From: Polyangiales bacterium
Lineage (GTDB): Bacteria; Myxococcota_A; Polyangia; Polyangiales; Ga0077539
DNA length: 64,000 bases
Assembly (NCBI GenBank): GCA_046351535.1
Contig: JAXLYG010000005.1
Span: forward strand, 293,334 to 357,333
Direction: 5' to 3'
The translations under genes and the position numbers were made by a program. Below, piece after piece: positions 54,547-61,402 of this stretch; within the stretch, counting starts at the first letter, position 1; the number at the start of each line of letters is the position of its first letter. The notes below the pieces were generated by a model. That model was not told the DNA's origin. It ran no database searches and saw only the letters and a list, made by a program, of their open reading frames with translations.

Positions 54547-57500
54547 TCAGCTCCCCGAGGCGGCGGTCCACACGTAGCCCGCGAGGCCCTCGTTGGCGTA
54601 GCCGCTGCGAAGGGCCGAGTCTCGCTCGGCCACGCTCGTGGTGTAGAGGTGGTCGTTCGAACCGCCCTGATAGAGCCGATAGAGCGGGACGGCGCCGCAC
54701 ACGGGCGACGACGCGATGTAGCCCATGACGCCCTCGTTGGTGCCCGGCACGAGCCCCTCGCAGTTGCTCGCCGTCGTGTAGAAGTGCTTTCCGTACGACA
54801 TGTAGCAGCGGTAGAAGGGCACCAGGCCCGGGGCCGGGGCCGCGTAGAGGTAGTAGTAGGGCGAGAACTCCACGCGGAAGCCGCAGCACGACGCCTCCGC
54901 GGCGCTGGCCGTGTAGAAGTGCTCGCCGCTCGCGTGATACGAGCGCGAGATGGCGACGCGGCAGCCGCCGCGGTCGTCGCAGACGCCGTTGCAGTTGTCG
55001 TCGGCGAGGTTGCACGCCTCCGCAGGAACCGACCCGCACGCGCCGCAGTTCGAGGGGTCCGTGCGGAGGTTCGACTCGCAGCCGTCGGCCGCGGCGCCGT
55101 TGCAGTTCCCGTAGCCCGACACGCACGAGACGACGGTGCAGCCGCCGCTCGCGCAGCCCGTCGCGGCGGTGTTGGCGAGGGCGCACGCGCGGCCGCACGC
55201 GCCGCAGTTCGACGGGTCGCTCGCGGTGCTCACCTCGCAGCCGTCGGCGGGGTTGCCGTTGCAGTTCGCGAAGCCCGCGTTGCAAGACGCCACGGCGCAG
55301 CGCCCGGAGGCGCACGCCGCCGTGGCGTTCGAGAGCGCGCAGCGCATCCCGCAGCCGCCGCAGTTCGAAGCGTCGGTGCCGAGCGACGCCTCGCAGCCGT
55401 CGGAGGCCGCGCCGTTGCAGTCGCCGAAGCCCGTGTTGCACGCCACGACGGTGCAGCGGCCCGACGCGCACACGCCCGCCCCGTTCGACGGCGCGCAGCG
55501 CACGCCGCAGCCGCCGCAGTTCGACTCGTCGCTCGACGTGAAGACCTCGCAGCCGTTGGCGGGGTTGCCGTCGCAGTCGGCGAAGCCCGCGTTGCAAGAC
55601 GCCACGGCGCAGCGCCCGCCGACGCAGGTCGCCGTGGCGCTCGGGAGCGAGCAGGCCGTGCCGCACGCGCCGCAGTTGCGCGCGTCGGAGGCGAGCGTGA
55701 CCTCGCAGCCGTTGGTGGGGTTGCCGTCGCAGTCGGCGCGCCCCGCGTCGCACGCGGCGATGTCGCAGCGCGCGCCCGTGCACGCGGGCGTTCCGCCGGG
55801 CGTGGCGCAGCGCACGCCGCAGCCGTTGCAGTTCGAAGGATCGCTGCGGGTGTTGACCTCGCAGCCGTTGGCGGGGTTGCCGTCGCAGTCGGCGAAGCCC
55901 GCGTTGCAAGACGCCACGGCGCAGCGCCCGCCCGCGCACGACGCGGTGCCGTTGGTGATCGCGCAGCCCATGCCGCAGGCGCCGCAGTTGCGCACGTCGG
56001 TGGCGAAGGTGGCCTCGCAGCCGTTGGAGGAGTCGCCGTCGCAGTCGCCGAGGCCCGCGGCGCACGAGGCGATGCGGCAGCTCCCGCGCTCACACGCCGC
56101 CGACGAGCCGGGGAAGGAGCACGCGTTGCCGCAGCGTCCGCAGTGCGAGGTGCTCGTCGCGAGGTTCACCTCGCAGCCGTTGGAGGCGACCATGTCGCAG
56201 TCGGCGAAGCCCGCATCGCAGGTCGCAATGGCGCAGCGTCCCGTCGCGCACGCCGCCGTGGCGTTGGGGAGCGAGCAGGCCGTGCCGCACGCGCCGCAGT
56301 TGCGCGCGTCGGAGGCGAGGTCGACCTCGCAGCCGTTCGAGGCCGTGGCGTCGCAGTCGGCGCGGCCCGTCATGCACGCGGCGATGTCGCAGCGGCCCGC
56401 CATGCACGCGGGCGTTCCGCCGGGCGTGGCGCAGCGCATGCCGCAGCCGTTGCAGTTCGCGGCGTCGCTGAGGGTGTTCACCTCGCAGCCGTTCGAAGGG
56501 TCCATGTCGCAGTCGGCGAAGTTCGCCTCGCACGCGGTGATCGCGCAGCGGCCCAACGCGCAGGCGCCCGTGGCGTGGGCCGGCGCGCAGGCGCGGTCGC
56601 AGGCGCCGCAGTTGCGCGCGTCGGCGCGCACGTCGACCTCGCAGCCGTTGTCGGCGTTGCCGTCGCAGTCTTGAAAGCCCATCACGCACGACGTCACGCA
56701 GCGCCCGCCGAGGCAGCCGGGGAAGGCGTTGGGCCGCGACGGGCACGCCGTTCCGCAGCGTCCGCAGTGCGAGACGGCGGTGTTGGTGTCGACCTCGCAG
56801 CCGTTGGTGGGGTTGCCGTCGCAGTCGCCGAAGCCCGTCGCGCACGAGGCCACGGCGCACCGCCCCATCGCGCACGAAGGCACCGCGTTGGGCGGATTGC
56901 ACGCCGCCCTGCACGCGCCGCAGCTCGTCTCGTCGGCGTTGAGGTCGACCTCGCAGCCGTTGTCGGCGTTGCCGTCGCAGTCGGCGAAGCCCGCCTCGCA
57001 CGCGAACTCGCAGCGGCCCGACGAGCACGACGAGCGCGCGTGGGGCCGCGCGGGGCAGGCGCTCCCGCAGGCGCCGCAGTTCGAGGCGTCAGTGAGCGTG
57101 TTGGTCTCGCAGCCGCTGGCCGCGGCGCGGTCGCAGTCGGCGAAGGGCGCCGTGCACGCGCCCACGGCGCACATGCCGTTCATGCACGCGGCGGTGGCGT
57201 TGGGCGCGGCGCAGCGGTTGTCGCAGCGGCCGCAGTGGGCGAGGTTCGACACGTTGTCGACGCACGCGCCGCCGCAGCACGAGAGCGTGCCGGGGCAGGG
57301 GCGCGACGCGGTGCAGCCCATCACGCAGGTGCTCCCGACGCAGAGCATCCCCGCGGGGCAGTGGTCGTCGGTGACGCACTCCACGCAGGCGCGGGTCGTA
57401 CGGTCGCAGCGCCTCGCCAGCGGGATCGCGCTCCCCGCGTCGACGCCCGCGTCGCCGAGCAGCGCCGCGCAGCCCTCGTCGTCGCGGCAGCCGGGGAGGC

Positions 57501-57894
57501 AGGTGTTGCCCGTGGGGTCGCAGAAGCGTCCCGCGGGGCAGGTGTCGCGCGTCGCGAGGCAGCCCACGCAGCGCCCGGTGGTCGTGTCGCACACGGGGCC
57601 CGCGGGGTCGCTCGCGCAGTCGCCGTCGCTGGCGCAGCGCGTCGGTCCGTCGGGGGTGTCGGTGGCGTCGGTGACGTCGGCCGCGTCGGAGGCGTCGTCG
57701 GCGTCGGTGACGTCCGCGGCGTCGCGCGCGTCGGCGTCGAGGTCCGGCGCGTCGGTGACGTCCGGGGCGTCGGTGACCTCCGACGCGTCTTCTGGCGATC
57801 CGTCGGCGAGGCCGCCGACGACGGGGCGACCGGAGCACGCGGCGAGCGCGAAGAGCGCGAACAGCGCAGCGAGGCGGGCGATGTGACGCTTCAC
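54547..57894 (-). CDS. Giant secreted Cys-rich repeat lipoprotein (about 1115 aa; about 14 tandem 46-aa Cys repeats and a C-terminal triple HFYT repeat domain)
   Basis: GTG start after a GGGGAG RBS. Lipobox LFALAACSG. Repeats of ...C..G.C...C..GFADCDGN..NGCEV....D..NCG.CG..C.... A C-terminal domain carrying EHFYT / KHFYTT / DHLYTT. Confidence 0.7.
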   Translation of the reverse strand: MKRHIARLAALFALFALAACSGRPVVGGLADGSPEDASEVTDAPDVTDAPDLDADARDAADVTDADDASDAADVTDATDTPDGPTRCASDGDCASDPAGPVCDTTTGRCVGCLATRDTCPAGRFCDPTGNTCLPGCRDDEGCAALLGDAGVDAGSAIPLARRCDRTTRACVECVTDDHCPAGMLCVGSTCVMGCTASRPCPGTLSCCGGACVDNVSNLAHCGRCDNRCAAPNATAACMNGMCAVGACTAPFADCDRAAASGCETNTLTDASNCGACGSACPARPHARSSCSSGRCEFACEAGFADCDGNADNGCEVDLNADETSCGACRAACNPPNAVPSCAMGRCAVASCATGFGDCDGNPTNGCEVDTNTAVSHCGRCGTACPSRPNAFPGCLGGRCVTSCVMGFQDCDGNADNGCEVDVRADARNCGACDRACAPAHATGACALGRCAITACEANFADCDMDPSNGCEVNTLSDAANCNGCGMRCATPGGTPACMAGRCDIAACMTGRADCDATASNGCEVDLASDARNCGACGTACSLPNATAACATGRCAIATCDAGFADCDMVASNGCEVNLATSTSHCGRCGNACSFPGSSAACERGSCRIASCAAGLGDCDGDSSNGCEATFATDVRNCGACGMGCAITNGTASCAGGRCAVASCNAGFADCDGNPANGCEVNTRSDPSNCNGCGVRCATPGGTPACTGARCDIAACDAGRADCDGNPTNGCEVTLASDARNCGACGTACSLPSATATCVGGRCAVASCNAGFADCDGNPANGCEVFTSSDESNCGGCGVRCAPSNGAGVCASGRCTVVACNTGFGDCNGAASDGCEASLGTDASNCGGCGMRCALSNATAACASGRCAVASCNAGFANCNGNPADGCEVSTASDPSNCGACGRACALANTAATGCASGGCTVVSCVSGYGNCNGAAADGCESNLRTDPSNCGACGSVPAEACNLADDNCNGVCDDRGGCRVAISRSYHASGEHFYTASAAEASCCGFRVEFSPYYYLYAAPAPGLVPFYRCYMSYGKHFYTTASNCEGLVPGTNEGVMGYIASSPVCGAVPLYRLYQGGSNDHLYTTSVAERDSALRSGYANEGLAGYVWTAASGS

Positions 57895-58102
57895 GAAGAG
57901 ACTCCCCGGGCGGTGCGGTGGTGGAACGGCGCGACGGCGACGACGATACACGCGCCGCGGCCCGCCGCGACGGGCGCCGCATGGGCCGTTTGTCTCACGC
58001 CCATTTCTCTCGCGAAGCGCGCGGCGGGCGCGGCGCGCAAAGCACGACGCGCGATGCGGCTGCGCGGGGCGCACGAAACGTAGTAACGTCGCGTCCCTTT
58101 CG

Positions 58103-59143
58103 ATGGCTTCCCGCTTCCCCGACGCTGCGCTGATGATGCCGAGCCTTGGCGCGAAGCTCGACGAGGCCGCCGAGCGAAACCTCACGCCCGCGCTCATCAC
58201 CGTGGCGCGCGGCGCCGACGCGCGTGCCCCGCTCCCCGCGCGGACCGTGCGCCTCTGCGCCGCCCTCGGCGAGCTCGCCGGCGCCGTCTACGACGCCCTC
58301 GCGCCGCAGCCCGACGAAGACCTCCGCGCGCGCGTCACCGAGGCCGCCGCGGCGCTCGCGCTGCTCACCCGCGTCGACGACCAGGTGATCGACGGGCGTC
58401 ACTTTCACGGCGGCGCGAAGGCCCCGCGCGACGGGCTCCGGCGCACGGTCACGGCGTACCTCGCGCCCACGCTCGACTCGCTCCGCGCGGCGCGTCCGCG
58501 CTACGACGAGGCCCGCTGCGCGCTCGCGGCCTTCACGGGGCAGCGCCTCCGCGCGCTCGCCGTCGACGAGGCGCGCATCGCCTCGCAGCACGCCATCATC
58601 GCCCGCGGCTGGGACACGCAGGTCGACACCGTCGCGACGCTCTCGGCGCACCCCTCGACGGTCACCGCGCACCGCGTGGCGAGCGTGTCGACGCGAAGCT
58701 CCGCGCTGTGGCTCGGCATGGTCGCGTCGGTGGGCGCGCTCCCGTTCCGCGAGCCCGTCGCGGCGCGCCCGCGGTGGCGTCGGGGGATGCTCCTCTGGGG
58801 CCGCTGGATCCAGCGCGCCGACGCGCTCGCCGACCTCGCGCGCGACCTCGACGACGGGCTCCTCTCGACGGTCGTCGCGCGGGCCCTGTGGGAGCGCGCG
58901 CCGCACGCCGTCGACGAGGCCATGCGCCGACGCGACGCGCCCGCGCTCTTTCGCCTCATTGCCGCGTACGGCGTCGACACGATGATGCTCCCGCCGCCGG
59001 GCGCGCTCGCGCGGGCGACGCGCGACCTCGCGGGCCTCGGAGACCTCGCCGCGCACCTCGCGTGGATCCACGCGTATCACCTCGGTCGCTACGAGTCGAA
59101 CCCGCTGCGCGCCGCTGCGGGAGAGCGCAACCCGACGCCGTGA
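58103..59143 (+). CDS. Hypothetical protein with a DDxxD motif (possible isoprenoid-synthase fold)
   Basis: Helical, Ala/Leu-rich. DDQVID at about residue 93 and a later acidic cluster DLARDLDDG. Family assignment is uncertain. Confidence 0.35.
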   Translation: MASRFPDAALMMPSLGAKLDEAAERNLTPALITVARGADARAPLPARTVRLCAALGELAGAVYDALAPQPDEDLRARVTEAAAALALLTRVDDQVIDGRHFHGGAKAPRDGLRRTVTAYLAPTLDSLRAARPRYDEARCALAAFTGQRLRALAVDEARIASQHAIIARGWDTQVDTVATLSAHPSTVTAHRVASVSTRSSALWLGMVASVGALPFREPVAARPRWRRGMLLWGRWIQRADALADLARDLDDGLLSTVVARALWERAPHAVDEAMRRRDAPALFRLIAAYGVDTMMLPPPGALARATRDLAGLGDLAAHLAWIHAYHLGRYESNPLRAAAGERNPTP

Positions 59144-59313
59144 TTCCGCGCCGCGCGCGCGCTCGTCCGCGCCGTCGCCGCTGATTCCGCCTGCCGCTCG
59201 GGGGCGGAGGGTGTATGGTGCGCGCCCTGCGAAACACGAGTGCCTTCTCACCTCTTCGATGGTCGACGACGCGAGGACGCAGATCTCGTTCAACGCATCG
59301 AAAGAGGCTCCGA

Positions 59314-59504
59314 TGAGCAGTCAGGGAAGACCGTCGTTCGCGAAGCGACAAAAAGAACAGGCCCGCGCCGAGAAGCAGCGCGAGAAGGCCGCCGAGCGCG
59401 CCCGCCGCGCCGTGGACCGCAAGAACAAGCCCGAGGGCGAGCCCGGCGTCGACCCCGACATCGCGGGCGTGATCCCCGGGCCCCAGCCCGTCGTCGAGGA
59501 TTGA
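59314..59504 (+). CDS. Small basic protein (63 aa; KRQKEQARAEKQREKAAERARRA)
   Basis: ATG preceded by aaagaggct. Lys/Arg/Glu-rich helix. Confidence 0.4.
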
Positions 59505-59528
59505 CCGCCGCGCCGTTGAGAGGACGCG

Positions 59529-60755
59529 GTGACACGCCGCCCGCCGCCCGCTGAGGGCGTACGCTCCCCCGCCGTGAACCGCGCGCTCCGTTTCGTCTCC
59601 GCGCTCGCTCTGTCGCTCCCCGCGTGCCGCGCCCGACCGCCGCGCGCACCGACCGCGACCGCCGCGCCCGTGAGCTCCGACTGCCGCCGCGCGATCGCGT
59701 CGGAGCTCGCGTCGACGCCGCTCGACGACACGGTCACCTGGACCTGCGGCGACGCGTCGACGTGCTGCCCCGCGCGCGCGTCCGACGGGCGGATCGCCCT
59801 CGCGCTCGTGGCCGTGAGCGATCCCCCCGGCGAGTGGTCGCACATGCTCTCGGGCGCGTGGTTCGACCGCGCGCGCGACGCGTATCTGGCCGTGCGCGAC
59901 AACGACCCCGGCGTCGTGTGGATGCGCCCCGATCCGACCTTCTCCCATTGGACGGGCGGCTTCACGGGGATCGCGGTGTGGCCCCACGGCTCGCTCGAAG
60001 CGATCTCGGGCCTCGGCGACGGCCTCGTCATCGCCGACGAGGAGGAGGGCAACGTCACCCCCGCGGGGCCTCACCTCTTCACCACGACCCTCGCAGACGC
60101 GGGGCTCGACGCGTCGGCGAGGCCCCTCCTGCGCGTCCCCGAGAGGCTCGCGCGAGCCTGTGAAAACAGCGGTCTGGAGTCGGTCTCGGTCACGCCCGAC
60201 GGTCGCACGCTCGTCGCCTCGATGGAGCGCGCGCTCTCGGGCGACGCGCCCGGCGTCGCGCGCGTGCTCGTCTCGGACCTCGCCTCGGGGACGCAGCGGC
60301 AGCGCGCGTGGCGCCTCGGCCCCGACTGCTGGAACGACGACCGTCCGAGCGACCTCGGCGTCTCGGAGCTCGTGGCGCTCTCGGCCGACCGCGCGCTCGT
60401 GCTCGAGCGCTCGTGGCGTCGCGCGGGCGGTAGCTGCGCCCGCATCTACCTCGCGGACCTCGCGCGCGGCGACGACGTGACCGACGTGACGGCCCTCACG
60501 CGCGAGACGCGCGCGATCCCCAAGCGGCTCGTGCTCGACCTCTCGACGCTGCCGCGCGACGCGGGCCTCGAACCCGCCGCGGGGCAGACCCACCCCGTGC
60601 TCGGCAACTACGAGGGAATGGCCCTCGGGCCGTGCATGGCCGACGGACGGCGCGCGGTGCTGCTGGTCACCGACGACAACGACGACTCGGTGCGGGCGCG
60701 CGGCGGACCTCCGCAGGCGAGGCGCGCGCTGGTGCTCGCCGCGACGGGTCTCTGA
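59529..60755 (+). CDS. Secreted hypothetical protein, possibly phytase-like/esterase-like
   Basis: Signal peptide (VSALALSLPACRA), GTG start, and a C-terminal NYEGMALG block. No firm family. Confidence 0.35.
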   Translation: MTRRPPPAEGVRSPAVNRALRFVSALALSLPACRARPPRAPTATAAPVSSDCRRAIASELASTPLDDTVTWTCGDASTCCPARASDGRIALALVAVSDPPGEWSHMLSGAWFDRARDAYLAVRDNDPGVVWMRPDPTFSHWTGGFTGIAVWPHGSLEAISGLGDGLVIADEEEGNVTPAGPHLFTTTLADAGLDASARPLLRVPERLARACENSGLESVSVTPDGRTLVASMERALSGDAPGVARVLVSDLASGTQRQRAWRLGPDCWNDDRPSDLGVSELVALSADRALVLERSWRRAGGSCARIYLADLARGDDVTDVTALTRETRAIPKRLVLDLSTLPRDAGLEPAAGQTHPVLGNYEGMALGPCMADGRRAVLLVTDDNDDSVRARGGPPQARRALVLAATGL

Positions 60756-60826
60756 TCGCGCCGCGGCGCGCTTCACCGCTTCCCACGGGGCGTGTGTGTG
60801 GTGATACTCCGCGCCCCCGAAACGCC

Positions 60827-61381
60827 ATGAGCACCGCACGACGCAGAGGCCCCGCCGTCACCGACGCCACCTGGCGCCTCCTCGCGCGCGCCGCCGAGAA
60901 GGCCCGCCGCCGCGCCCACGCGCCCTACTCGGGCTACCACGTCGGCGCCGCGCTGCTCACCACGCGGGGGCTCATCACGGGCTGCAACGTCGAGAACGCG
61001 TCGTACCCGCTCTGCATCTGCGCCGAAGCCGCCGCCGTCGTCGGCGCCGTCAGCAAGGGGTGGAAGCGCTGGAAGGCCATCGCCGTCGCCACCGAGGGCC
61101 CCGTCGCAGGCACCCCCTGCGGCGCGTGCCGACAGATCCTCGCGGAGTTCGGAAAGGACCTCCCCGTCGGGCTCGTCGTCGGTGGAAAGGTGCTGCGCGT
61201 GGTGACGGTGGCCGAGCTCCTCCCCTTCGCCTTCGACGCCGACGTGCTGGCCGAGAGCACCGCGCCCGCAAGAGCAGGGGCTCATAAAACAGCGACCGTG
61301 AAGACGTCGGGGACCACGAAGCCCGCGCGCAAACCGGCACGCGCGAAGACGCCCGGCACGGAGCCCGCGCGCGACGGGTGA
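60827..61381 (+). CDS. cdd: Cytidine deaminase with a Lys/Ala/Pro-rich C-terminal tail
   Basis: HAPYSGYHVGAAL, the CAE zinc motif (ICAEAAAV) and PCGACRQ. Confidence 0.85.
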   Translation: MSTARRRGPAVTDATWRLLARAAEKARRRAHAPYSGYHVGAALLTTRGLITGCNVENASYPLCICAEAAAVVGAVSKGWKRWKAIAVATEGPVAGTPCGACRQILAEFGKDLPVGLVVGGKVLRVVTVAELLPFAFDADVLAESTAPARAGAHKTATVKTSGTTKPARKPARAKTPGTEPARDG

Positions 61382-61402
61382 TATAACCCTCGGCCGACCA
61401 CC

